Shown here piece after piece: positions 40,749-52,834 of a stretch of 64,000 nucleotides of DNA. Location: contig CM052818.1 of assembly GCA_028534125.1 (NCBI GenBank), forward strand, positions 40,860,001 through 40,924,000. Direction: 5' to 3'. Source of the DNA: Lama glama. Lineage: Eukaryota. The notes beneath the pieces are model-generated. The model did no database searches. It was not told where the DNA came from and worked only from the letters and a program-made list of their open reading frames with translations. Made by a program: the position numbers and the translations under genes. The stretch's first letter is position 1. Each line of letters begins with the position of its first letter.

Positions 40749-40919
40749 GAAGATGAAGCTCAGGAAAATAAGATCAAAATGAAAATGGTTGAGAAAAGTA
40801 TGGAACAACAAAAAGAAAACATGGAACATCTTGAAAGTCTGAAAATAGAAGCGGAAAACAAGTATGATGCAATTAAACAGAAAATTAATCAGCTATCAGA
40901 GCTGGCAGACCCACTTAAG
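40749..40919 (+). CDS. SMC6: SMC6 coding exon 19 ([10 protein letters not shown]...ADPLK)
   Basis: ccag|GAA...AAG|gtatat; 171 nt. Confidence 0.95.
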
Positions 40920-43900
40920 GTATATATTGTTACTCTGCTATATATATTTTTTCTGTTTTAGTTTGATATCTGCAGTATACTTGCTAGATATTACCCAACA
41001 GAATTTATGGTTAAATGTAAATACAATTATATAAAAACTAGGATGTAAAGCCATTTTCATCATTAGATCAATTAGACTTAAACAGTTCTGCTCACTCCTT
41101 TACGGAGAATAAATTTCCAAATTTCTGTCCCCACAGAAGATTACAGCTTTTGTTCCCTTTTTATTTTGTGGGATTTTTTCTTCTTTTAGAACCAGGGGCA
41201 GAGATACCTTGTCTGTCTATACGGTTTCTTTGCTTCCCTGTTCTGTTGTCCTGCCCACCTTTCCTCAGTAGCTTAAGGAGTAGTTGATATAAAAACCAAT
41301 TTGAAATGAAGGGCTACCCAGTTTCTGTTTATTAACATATTTCCGTTATATTCCAGTCTGAATTCAGTTGGCTTTTTTTTTTAAGCATATGCTTTTTAAA
41401 ACCAAATCTAAGGAAATAAATTATTTAATAATTAAATTCTATAAATTTTACCATTTGGAATAGCTTTGTTATCAGTAGCTTATTATCATTTTCATTTTGT
41501 GAGTAGTTCAGTTATTCTCAAAACTTCAAATTTTGTTTATAAGACACTGAGAAGAGTCAATAGTATGTTTTAAGAGGAGAGAGTTTATGTTGACGATATA
41601 ACCCCCGTTTTCGGCAGGAAAATTACCCCCTTTGAATCAAAATGTGTTTAGGTATTTTAGAAGTTTAAAAGAATTTGTGTGTATATGAACTTTACTGTAA
41701 TTGTCTCCACTGATGATTTTAGAAAACATAATTTGTCAAAGGAAGTTAGAAGAGGAGCTGCATAGAAGCAACTTTTCCCTGTTTGTGGTGGCCTCTCTGT
41801 AGTTGCTTTACATAGAGCTGTGATTCCTGCCTGCTGTTGTAACGCAGGGTGGTTTAGTTTTTTCCATTTGAGGTAAGAATAAAAAATGGGAAGATAGACT
41901 GATAAATTAACTGTTTAAGAGGGATATAAAACTTTAATAATAAAGTTGTGAGGAAGGAAAAAGTATTAAAGCTAGTGTTGAAAAAGACAAGGAAGTCATT
42001 AATACAGGAATTAGAATTAAAAAGACAAAAGTCCAAGATAAAAAAGAGGTCAAAATTAGTTTTTAAAAGAAAATAGAATAAGAAAGAATAAAATAAATAT
42101 GAAAATCGTCCAGAATAGGAAAGGTAGAATTCAAAATGCAGGAATTTTTTAAACAAAGGTAAGATAAAAGAAGTGTTTAAATGGGTGAAGGATTGATTAG
42201 GGCAACTTAAAATCAAAATGATGAAGTATGCTAAAACAATATAGAAAAAGAAATAATTGGTACCGAAATTATCCCAGATAACTTAAAATTAATAAGAAAA
42301 AATGAAAAATGAAAAATAAGCTATGTTCTGTTCTTTAGGGACCTCTAGGCTAAAGCAACTCCTTGAATTTTGGGAGTCCATAAATAAGTTCAAGAGGAAA
42401 AGATATGGGCAGAAAAGGCAGTAGGAATTCTTGATCTCTCTTTGCCTTGGTTGCAAATAAGTGAAAGCTAGGGGGCGAGTCCTTCAGTAAACCTGTGTGC
42501 AGTCAGCCCATAGCCACGGGGTTTTCCTTTGCAATATCACATCCCACTAGCCATCAGTAACAACAGGACCAAGAAGATTTGGCTGACAAAATAATTTAAT
42601 CCCTCAGAAACTGTCATCATGATGTATTATCAGCTTCTAGGTATAATCTGTTTGCTGTCAGGACATTTGTTCATTTGTGTCAGAGGGGTAGTGAGGAGTA
42701 GAGCACTCTGTTCAAATATGCAGTCCCTGAAATCTTGGCGTAGGGAATATTTTTCTCACTTTGAATGGTTTATTTTGATTTACACTGCAAACTTAATGCT
42801 TTAGTTGCAAGTTAAATTTTCTGTACAGAGAGCGTGGCCTACATCAAGTCTACGGTGATAGCTGGTCAGCATTATTGGAATAGGAGGGCCTCTGTTTCTG
42901 ATAGAGGTTATGAGTGTTTATTTGGATTGAGGCTGACTGTACTCTTGCAAATTCCAAGATCTAATGATTTACAGTTTTTTAAAACCTCATAATTGATGTA
43001 GGACTGTATGAAGCAAGTAGCTATAATACATATTGTAGCAATTTATTCAGTGTTGTTGAGTAAACTAAAATTGGTTATTTAGTCATCAAAGAGAATAAAA
43101 ATTTTGAATGATTCTGTCTCTTCTAGCATCTCAGCCTATTTTTTTTAAAGGCTGTAGTTTCTTAAGGGTTAGAAACTACAGATTTAGGGTTACATCAGAG
43201 TTTAATTTTATATCTTACATGTTCTAGTCCTCACCCCAAAACCAGGATGAATGTCACTGAGTGGCTTTTAATTTCTCTAGGTCTCTGTTCCACAATCAAC
43301 AAAGTGAAATTAAAGGAAATACTCTCTTGGTTCCTTTTTAGTTTTAAATTTGATGGTACCTAGTACATAAATGTATTAAATATATAAGGACAAATCAAAA
43401 GCCATGATAAATGTGGAGAAAAGGACATTAACACCTAGAGTTCTTTTCATCCAATTTTATATCAAGTCTTTCCCTTTCTAAAGTTGCTAGGAGAAAAGAT
43501 TAACCAGTATAAATGTGTCCTGATATAATTGACCCTTTAGCTCCACGAAGCTGATTTGATTCCCTAAAGCAAACTTGGGCATATTTATTTTGAAGGTTTC
43601 TACCAAAAATGATTAGAAAATTTAGTGTTCAACCATTCTGTTTTCATAAGTTATTCCAATTTCTAACCATAGTATCTCCTACTACATGAATTGCACCCAT
43701 TTTCTTTTATTCTGTTCAGAGTAAAGGAGCAGCTTATCTCCATCCTCCATATAACAATGTTTTTATTTTTAATAGAAGTGTTACAAAAGCTGTATGTTAT
43801 CAAGCGTCTACCACGGATATAGTTGTTTTTGGCAGTACGAGCAAGATGCAGTAAATTGTATTCTTAGGTCAGGAAATAGCCTAAATCTTCTCTGTTATAT

Positions 43901-44009
43901 GAGGTAAATACTAGCAAGTTCTAGATACTTCACATGTTCTTTCTCTTCTCTTGGGATCTCTTCAAATCTTCTTTCTTGATGCTGCTGTTTTGGTTTGTGT
44001 TGGGTTTTG

Positions 44010-44900
44010 TTTTTAACTGTGACTGGCTTCTTCCGTTGAGCATGGTGTTTTCAGGATTCGTCCATGTTCTAATATGTATCTGTAGTTCATTCCTTGTATT
44101 GCCACACGTCATTCATCGGTTGATGGCCATTTGGGTACTGCTGCCGTGAAAATTGGTGTACAAGTTTTTGAGCAGAGATGTGTTCATTTCTCTTGGGTAG
44201 AAACCTCGGAGCGGAATTGCTGCGCTACACGCTTACGTTTTGAACTGTTTTCCAAAGTGACTGCACCATTTTACATTCCAACAGTGTTTGAGTGTCCCAG
44301 TTTCTCCACATCTTGCCAACACTTATTATTGTATGCCTTTCTTCTTTTAACCGTCCTGTTGTGTGTGAAGTCGTATCTCATCGTGGTTTTAATTTGCATT
44401 TTTCTTTTGTCTAATACTGTTGAGCAGATTTTCATGCTTTTATTGGTCATTTGTGTATCTTTGGATAAATGTCTATTAAGATCTTTGCCCTTTTTTTCAC
44501 TACATGTCTTTATCATTGACTTTTGAGTTCTTTATATATTCTGGACATGTATTTATTAATGTTTTTGATGCTATTATAAACATTACAGATTTTTGATTCA
44601 TTTTTTCAATTATTCCTAGTATATAGAAATATTACTGATTTTTGTATTGGCCTCGTAGCCAGTGACCTTTCTAAACTCACATTAATTTAAAAGCTTTTTC
44701 TCTGGAATTTATTTATACACAGTCATCGCTCCTTTAAATACGGTTTTACAAAACTTCCTGTCCAATCTTTATACTTTTTATGTCCTTTTACTTATTTTAA
44801 TTGAACTATCCAGGACCTCCAATAAATGTTAAACAGAAGCAATGGGACTATACATCCTTGCTTTGTACCTAACAAGAAAGCATTTGATATTTCATTTTGA
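44010..44900 (-). mobile_element. L1 ORF2 C-terminus/3' relic
   Basis: Minus-strand ORF KDLNRHLSKDTQMTNKSMKICSTVL...MQIKTTMRYDFT...KCWQDVEK is L1 ORF2 C-terminal. Confidence 0.85.
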
Positions 44901-45297
44901 AAGTACTGGTTAATGGTTAGCTGCTGTTTTTTCTTGTTTATATTTCCTCTCTTCATTTCTTTCTTTTGGGATTAGACAAGTAATTTTTAGTGTTCCTTTT
45001 TTAAATCTCCTCTACTGGTTTGTTTAGCTACAACTCTTGTTTTGTTTTCCAGGGGTTGCCGTGTGTTACAATACGCATCTTTTCCTTATAGTCTACTACT
45101 GTTTATTTTTAAAGTGATCTTGAAATAGCTTCATTACAATTATATTTTGTGCTCAAAATTGTAAAGTTAAACCTCCAGAAATGATGACCAAATAAGGCAG
45201 TGTTAAATTTCTTTGCAACCTTTCTTTCTCCATCCTGACTCACCTTTTTTTAAAACCAAGTTTCCTCTGTTGGGTACCTCTGTTGTAGCTAGTACTT

Positions 45298-45430
45298 GGC
45301 GGGAGGGTATAGCTCACTGGTAGAGTGCGTGCTTAGCATGCACGAGGTCCTGAGTTCAATCCCTAGCCAGTACCTCCATTCAAACAAACAACCCTAATTA
45401 CCTTCCCCCCTCAAAAAAAAAAACCAAAAA
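45298..45430 (+). mobile_element. tRNA-derived SINE, Vic-1-like (camelid)
   Basis: GGGAGGGTATAGCTCACTGGTAGAG (A box)...GAGTTCAATCCC (B box)...AGTACCTCC...CCTAATTACC, C run, A-rich tail. Confidence 0.8.
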
Positions 45431-45761
45431 CCCGGTATAATATCCAACACTTGGATTGTTTTAAGTCTTTTCAGGCTAACATGGCTTCCCGTGAAACCAC
45501 CTTGTTTACCAAAATAAAGGTGAAAGCACCATAACATATGAGACTTCATGTTAGAACCGGAACATGAATGATAATGTGATGTCTTATTTTGGGGAACTCC
45601 TCGCTTCTGTTCAGACACACGTGAATGTGAGCTCCAACTCTTGCCTCTTCAGGCAGCATAATCCTGTCTCCTTTATTGAGTGATCAGTTAGTTTATATCT
45701 GTGCTGATAATTTTTTAAAGCAGTCTTTTCTGTATAGATTATTTTGCTTTTATTTAAACAG

Positions 45762-45899
45762 GATGAATTAAACCTTGCTGATTCTGAAGTGGATAACCAA
45801 AAACGAGGGAAGCGGCATTATGAAGACAAGCAAAAGGAACACCTGGATACTTTAAATAAAAAGAAACGAGAACTAGATATGAAAGAAAAAGAACTAGAG
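45762..45899 (+). CDS. SMC6: SMC6 coding exon 20 ([10 protein letters not shown]...EKELE)
   Basis: acag|GAT...GAG|gttacc; 138 nt. Confidence 0.93.
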
Positions 45900-46908
45900 G
45901 TTACCCATCACTTTCTTTAATGTTTTGTTTACAGCCTTAGTCATGCTGATTAAAGTGTGTTTTCCTTCACGTCCTGTTTCCAAACATAAGCAAGTTGTCT
46001 GATGAGTATCTGTTCTGTATGGAATAACACCCGTCTTGGGGAATCAACAGAGGAAAAGGCTGAGGGACTCTCTGAGTATGGGGACTTCATAGACTGACAG
46101 GAGGGGGACTTTAGGCCAGACTGCAGCAGTCCTGCCTCCTTACTCCTGGCACTTACTCCTTCCTCTAAAATAGCTCCTTAAATGCCCAGCTTGGCAAGTG
46201 CATAGCAGCTTTATGTCAGAAAAAGGCACCCCTGCCTCTGAGTGACTTGAGTGTGAGCTGGGCTGGAATTCAGCTGCTACTTACTGGATAACCCTTGCTG
46301 ACAACTGTTAAGTAGCAGCTCTGTTTCTAGAGGAGAGTAAGTTGAAAGCAACCTTGGCCTAACCTAGAAGAGATGGATTCCAGCTTTGTTTTTACATGTC
46401 TTAGGAAAATTATTTAAACTCTGTAATCTATTGCCTTACTAGCTTAAGACTTATTTTATAAAAATTGTGAATATAAGTACTATGTGTAGAAGTGCTTTGA
46501 GGTTTTTAATATTTTACAAACATGAGGGTCTTTTTGTTTGTGTTTTCAGTACTATGTGGTGTTTAGAATCCATCCTAAAACACACAGAAAGCTATGCCTG
46601 ACCTCAGCACTCTGGGTGCCAAACTTTTCATAACTGCTCCTTGAAATTTGTTTCACTAGGAAGTTATGGAGCTCTTACAAATTATTAAAGTTATGTGTAC
46701 TAATGCAATTTTCTCTTGAAGATTTATGACAACTCTGGACTGTATTCTCATATAAAGCTTAGAGAAATAACATTGACATTAAATTGAATTAAAATACATT
46801 TCTTAAACATAAGTTCAGAATTTTACTTTGCATATTTTGGCACAAATAGTACATACAGTGAATTGTTACATCAAAGAAGAGTTTAAAGTTAAGCATCTGT
46901 TATCTTAG

Positions 46909-47054
46909 GAGAAAATGTCACAAGCAAGACAGATCTGCCCAGAGCGGATAGAAGTGAAAAAATCTGCATCAATTCTGGACAAAGAAATTAATAGATTAAG
47001 GCAAAAGATACAGGCAGAACATGCTAGTCACGGAGATCGTGAGGAAATAATGAG
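46909..47054 (+). CDS. SMC6: SMC6 coding exon 21 ([13 protein letters not shown]...EEIM)
   Basis: ttag|GAG...ATG AG|gtaagt; 146 nt. Confidence 0.95.
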
Positions 47055-47804
47055 GTAAGTGATTGCTAGCTTTTCTCTTTATGATATTACCCTTGAATAT
47101 TATTGAGACAAAAAATGTTTTATAAACTCAAATTTGAGTAAAGTGTTGCTATGGCCTATAGTTATATTTAAACTAGTCTTCCATAAGTGTGTTATTAATA
47201 ATAAACTTTTCCTTTGAAATTATTACATAACTTATTATGGAATGACATTTTAACATAAATACCAATTTTATACCTGTAAGATTCATATAGACACAATATT
47301 CAGCTTCACAAGTAATCAAAGAAATGCAAATCAAAACAATTAGAAGCTGTTTTCATATGCATCAAGATGAGAAAAATACATGCTTCATGTCAATGAGATT
47401 TCAATGAAATGGATTATGTTTATATTACTCATGAAAATGGAAGTCCTAGTTTAGTTAGAACATGATTATGAAGCAAAAATACCTTGGTTTGAATTGCAAT
47501 TTTATTACCTACTAAAGTAATTCTGAAAAGTTATCTAACCTCTGAACCTTAAATTTCTCATCTATAAAATAGGTGTAATTACAGTACTTACCTCATAGAG
47601 TTGTTACGAAGATTACATGACGTAACCCATATAAACAGAATATATTGGATACATAACATGTTAGATATTATTAGTCTTTCTGAAAAGCTTTAAGGCAGTT
47701 TATGTTAAACACCTTTACAAATTTTAATTTGGCCAAGTAATTTTGTTGTTATAATCCAAAATGAGAAAAACAGTTTGTACTTGGGTATGTTTATTGCAGT
47801 GTGT

Positions 47805-47975
47805 TTTTAAATTGACCCAGTAGTTGATTTACAATATTACATTAGTTTCAAATGTACAACATAGTGATTCAAAATTGTTATAGATTATACTGTATGGTTA
47901 TAGAACATTGGCTGTATGCCCTGTGCTGTACAGTACATCCTTGTAGCTTTAGTTTATGCATAATAGTTTGTATCA
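47805..47975 (-). mobile_element. L1 3'-end fragment (artiodactyl-type)
   Basis: tagttgatttacaatatt...gtacaacatagtgattc...ccctgtgctgtacagtacatccttg. Confidence 0.75.
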
Positions 47976-49873
47976 CTGAAAAATTAGAAATTGTATACAG
48001 CTGGAACATAATGATTGAATTGTAGTAGAAAATTATAGCTATTGAATTTTATGAAGATTTTTTTCATATTAAAAAAGGCAGGGAACAGGAATGATTTCAA
48101 TTCTAATTTCAAAAAGATTTGGGGGAAAGGGTAAGAAAAATAATAGCAGAAGATTTTCTTTAAAATAGATCATGTTTTAAAAATACAGTGTAAAATGGCA
48201 GTGTGCGAATATCTTAGATTCTTTTCGCTGATATATTTATTTCCTTTAAAAAACAGAATATACTTCAGTGTAATATTATTTTGCATTTCACTTATATTGA
48301 ATGCAGTTAACGTCTTTCCATGTCTTAGGGACCGTTTATTTATATTTCTTTTAATGTGAATACTTTTGATGTGAGGAATGTGTTTTGTCTTTTTCCAAAT
48401 GACTACTTAGCCATTTGAAAGGTTATTTGTCCTCTGATTGTTTCCGTAAGAATGGCCATATGATAATTTTTTTTGTATTTTTGCAAGTTCAAAATTATTT
48501 GTCTCTAGCTTTTGAGTTGGAAAGGTAGTCTAGCCTCCTACAAAATCCTTTTCCTCCTGAATATCTATTTATGATGATACTAGTCTGTCAAGTTCTGTAA
48601 CTTATCCAGAATGTCAAATTCTATGATCCTTTCATTGCATGCACAGTGCTTTTTAATAGATATGTAGATTTGAGTCTTACTTCTTGAAAGTTTTCTTTTG
48701 TTTTACTTTTAAGTATGTTCTGTCCTGTTGTTAGTTTTCTTTCCTGAGGTCTTTGGTTATACGTATGTTGCATATCCCTTGTCTTCTGTAGTTTGTCCAA
48801 CCATTTTATCTGTTTTGTTTTTTTCTTGTTTTGTTTGCTTTTCTCATTTCTAATCTCTGTGTCTGTTGATGTTTTCTGTGTTTGCCCATGCGTCCTCTTG
48901 TTTTGTCTTCATATCTTTGTTTTTTGGGGTTTTGTTTTGGTTTTTGTCTACACTTCCCTGCCGCTGTCTTGGGTTCTGCAGGTTCTTGCTTTTCCTCCTC
49001 TTGTCTGGTTGTCACTTTCTGTTGTTTACCTGTCTGTTAGCTTTGATTTCTTTCATTTATCTATTCTTTCAGTTCTTTCATGTCTGCTTGAGATAATCCT
49101 TTGTGGTAGCACTTGTCTCGTGTTTTGTTTTAATTTAAGGTGTTCAACTGCGGTTTTAATCTGCTTTGTGACAATGTTGTTCCAATAAGTTTTCTTTCTA
49201 GGGAGAGTTTATCTGCTCTTTTCAATTCTTTTTTTCCCATAAATATCTCTGTATGGACGCTTTGTGCCTTTTTTGTTACTCGTTTTTTTAATTGGTTGGA
49301 TTTTCCTGGACTGGACATTTGAAGGAGGATGGGACGTGTAACAGAGCCTTGGCTGGAGTTTGCTCTTCACGTGTTGTCAGGATCTTTCTCTCCATTGCTA
49401 CAGCAAGGAGCTGTCACCCTCCATGGTAGCACTTCTGAGTAGCCATGTCTCCCCTGCCTCTGTGACCTCGTTATGTTTAGACTAGGGCTGGAGTGGCGCT
49501 AATGCTCACCCTGTGTTCTTTTGGTCCCGCCTTGGCATCTTTCACTAAGGGGAACATGCCTTCCACTCTGATCCCGTCCTTTTTAGAAGGTCTGTGTGTG
49601 CTGAAATTCTCTTAAGATCTGCCACTCTGGGCCCCACTTGGGCACATTCTTCATCACCTTTCTAGGCTTGGACTTTGCTTCTGCCCAACCCTGCTAACAG
49701 CTCTCCCAGGCAGGGCAGCACACACTCAGTGTATTTTGTCTGGAGATTTCTGAAATCTGCTATTGCCAGGCCCCCTCAGCACTTCCTGTTCGTCCCTATT
49801 AAATATAGTTGAGACTTTACATGATGTTTCATTGAATGGCATTTATTTACTTAATATTTTGTTTATAAAATAG

Positions 49874-49999
49874 GCAGTATCAAGAAGCAAGAGAAACCTA
49901 TCTTGATCTGGATAACAAAGTAAGGACTTTAAAAAGGTTTATTAAATTACTGGAAGAAATAATGACTCATAGATTTAAAACGTATCAACAGTTTAGAAG
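49874..49999 (+). CDS. SMC6: SMC6 coding exon 22 ([10 protein letters not shown]...YQQFR)
   Basis: atag|G CAG...AGA AG|gtaagt; 126 nt. Confidence 0.95.
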
Positions 50000-50515
50000 G
50001 TAAGTGCATTAAAAAATACTATCATGTGTATTTTTGGTTTTTCTTTGCTTTCACATTCTCCCTTATAAATAATAAAATTAAATTAAAAGAACTTTCCAGA
50101 TTCAATTAGAAAAGATGGTTGGTGAGATCCTGAAACTGAATGAGAATTCTGGATTTGCAGGGACTTTTATAGTGAGCTTATCTAATTTTATCACACTCCC
50201 ACTAGCACGAGTGGAATATAAATTAGTTGAATGATTGATACATTCACATGGACTGGCTGTAACATAGTAGCTTTTATTTTATGTGGGATGACATCTTTAT
50301 TCATTTTATAAATGTTTATTCACTGTAAAAGGAAATGAAGTGGTAAAAATGTAAAGTCGTGGGCAAAAATCACCAAAAATTTCACCTGTTAACTGTGCAC
50401 CATTGTTAGCATCTTGGCATATTTTCGTCTGGTCTTACGTGCTGATTTAGAGATGCTAAATGTACAATTCTGTATCCCTGTATTCTTTCTAATGGGCCCA
50501 ATTTCTTTTTTCAAG

Positions 50516-50621
50516 GTGTTTGACTTTACGATGCAAATTGTACTTTGACAACTTATTATCTCAGCGGGCCTATTGTGGAAAAATGAATTTTGACCACAAG
50601 AATGAGACTCTTAGTATATCA
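50516..50621 (+). CDS. SMC6: SMC6 coding exon 23 ([10 protein letters not shown]...TLSIS)
   Basis: caag|G TGT...TCA|gtaagt; 106 nt. Confidence 0.95.
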
Positions 50622-51299
50622 GTAAGTATCTTAACTCTCTGCATGTGATCCTGAGGAGAGTTAGCTGCTGCATTTCTCTGCGTGATACGCTGATAAGCTT
50701 TAACCTGTTGTCATTGGACAACAAAAGATCTTATTTTCAAGTTAAAGATGGCCCTTGTTAAAGTTTTGAATATTAAATTGGTTTTACTAACTAAAGCTGC
50801 GATTTTAGCTGATTTTTTTCCCCAGACAACCACAGTATTTTCTTATGATAATAATTAGAAATTTTATTTTCAGTGACCAATGTTTACTTTTTCTTTTTAC
50901 TCCACTGGTCCTTTTTTAAAATCCGTACAGCATTTTAAATTATGTGGCACATTATGTAAAGACCATATTCTCCTTCTCACTATAGGAAGCCAAGAAAGAA
51001 TTTCTTAAAAGAATGTTTGACCCCACGTAATTATCTTTGTACTATTAGTTTTGGAAGGCGTCTCTAGATAGCCTCTTTCCGATTGACAAAGCCACCGCTT
51101 TCAACTTTGTGGAGTCTGTGTGTGTGGACTCTTTCATAGTCACGTGCATTCAAGGACGGGGTGTGGGATACAGTGTTAAAATTTTTAGTCAGGAGGTCAA
51201 GAGCAACTACCCACTCTAAATAATTGGGGCAAACTTTTCAAATATTGGCTTATTACTACTCTTAGTTGCCATAAGTTTTATTGTTTCATTTTAATACTT

Positions 51300-51915
51300 A
51301 AAGTAGTAATTTGCAATACATACATACAACAAAGGACTCGTCTAAAAATTTTTAATAATAATAATAATTAAGAAAAAGAATGGCAATGCCTTTAAAAATG
51401 GTTAAGTCAGGAACTCCATTAATTCAAGTGATAAACAGGCACAAGAAAAAGCGCTCAGTACCACTAGTCATCAAAGAAACACAGATTTATACCATAGTGA
51501 ATTACTGTCACACTCCTGTTAGTGTGACCAAAATAAACAAGACTGATGCTACCTATGTGGTGAAGGGTGGACTTGGAACTCACACCTTTTAGTGGGCGTA
51601 TAATTTGGTAGAACTAATTTAGAAACCTGTTTTTTCAGGGTCTATTAAAGCAATTCCACTTTTCAGAACTCTTCAAAAACTAGTAAAATTCATCTACTAT
51701 GATTAAAGTTGGAATAGTGGTTCCCCTCTAGGGGCTGGTGGTGGCGGGAGAGGACGCAGGGACTCCGCTGCGATGCTGGACGTGTTCTGTCTTGACCTGA
51801 GTCCAGTTACCAGGCTGTGTGTGTGCATGTGTGTGTATATGTCAGAATTACTGAGCTGAACCTTAAGCTTTGTGTTCTTTACTGTGATAAATTACACTCT
51901 AATAAAAATGAAAAA
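51300..51915 (+). mobile_element. Old L1 (L1ME-like) 3' relic
   Basis: INRHKKKRSVPLVIKETQI resembles ORF2 C-terminus; ends aataaaaa. Confidence 0.6.
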
Positions 51916-52834
51916 AAGCAGAAAGTATTAGTTGTTTGGATGATACATTCCCAAAGCTATAATTGTACAGGACAACTGAAACTAGGCTTTCTAACATTAT
52001 CCTCCCTGTTATTCAAAAGACTATTATTTCTTTAAGAATCTTTCAGTTATCTAGTCTTCATTTTACAAATAAGAAAACTGAGACTGAAGCCCCATGATAA
52101 GTTTACTAATAGACCAGGGATAAAAGTTAGATCTCCATAATTTATCTGGGGCTTCATTCATTAGAATGATACAAAACGTGGTTTGGGAGCAAGACTGCAT
52201 CCTATTAGTTTTCACTTTCATGTAGGATTTTTTGTGTGTGTTTAGTTGGTTTTCTTTAGCTTTTTACTGCTTATGTGTTAATGTTGCTTTTTCATTTGGA
52301 TTTCCATAGAGGATTTAGACTTCAGAAGATAAGCCTAAAATTCCAATGTATGTTTAAATTCAGAATGTTTTATAACCCTTAGAAGATAAGAAAATAAGTG
52401 AATGCTCACTCGAGAACCACATAATTTTTCATATAGTGTTCTGGAAAATATGTGAAGCTATGTGTCTGTTCAAACACATGATAAAACTGGTTGGTGCCCT
52501 GTTTTTTCACCTTGAGTGCATATATGTGTATCTACAATTCTGTCAACATGAAATAGAACTCCTTCTAATGTTACTTGTAATGTCTTCTCAGGAAATTATA
52601 TGAAAGCATTATCTAACTAATTTTATTTTTGTTCCCATGAGCACTTGTTTAGTAAAGAGAAATTGTTAACAGAGAATTTATGTATTTAAGTTCATTGCTG
52701 CTGCTGTTCTTTGGCCAGCGGGGGCCTCTTTAAGTTGGTCCTGTGTCCTTTTTACATTCAGTAATTACTTTTAAAGTAGTTTAACCACTAGATGTCACTG
52801 TAATTCAAGTAGCAAGATTATCTTAGCACTTATG

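Noticed and set aside
45301..45375. Apparent tRNA-Ala gene
   Set aside because: It is the head of a SINE with its typical tail, and has a disrupted 3' acceptor region
48793..49322. Hydrophobic ORFs resembling membrane proteins
   Set aside because: Derived from T-rich low-complexity sequence, probably an antisense old L1/HAL1 relic
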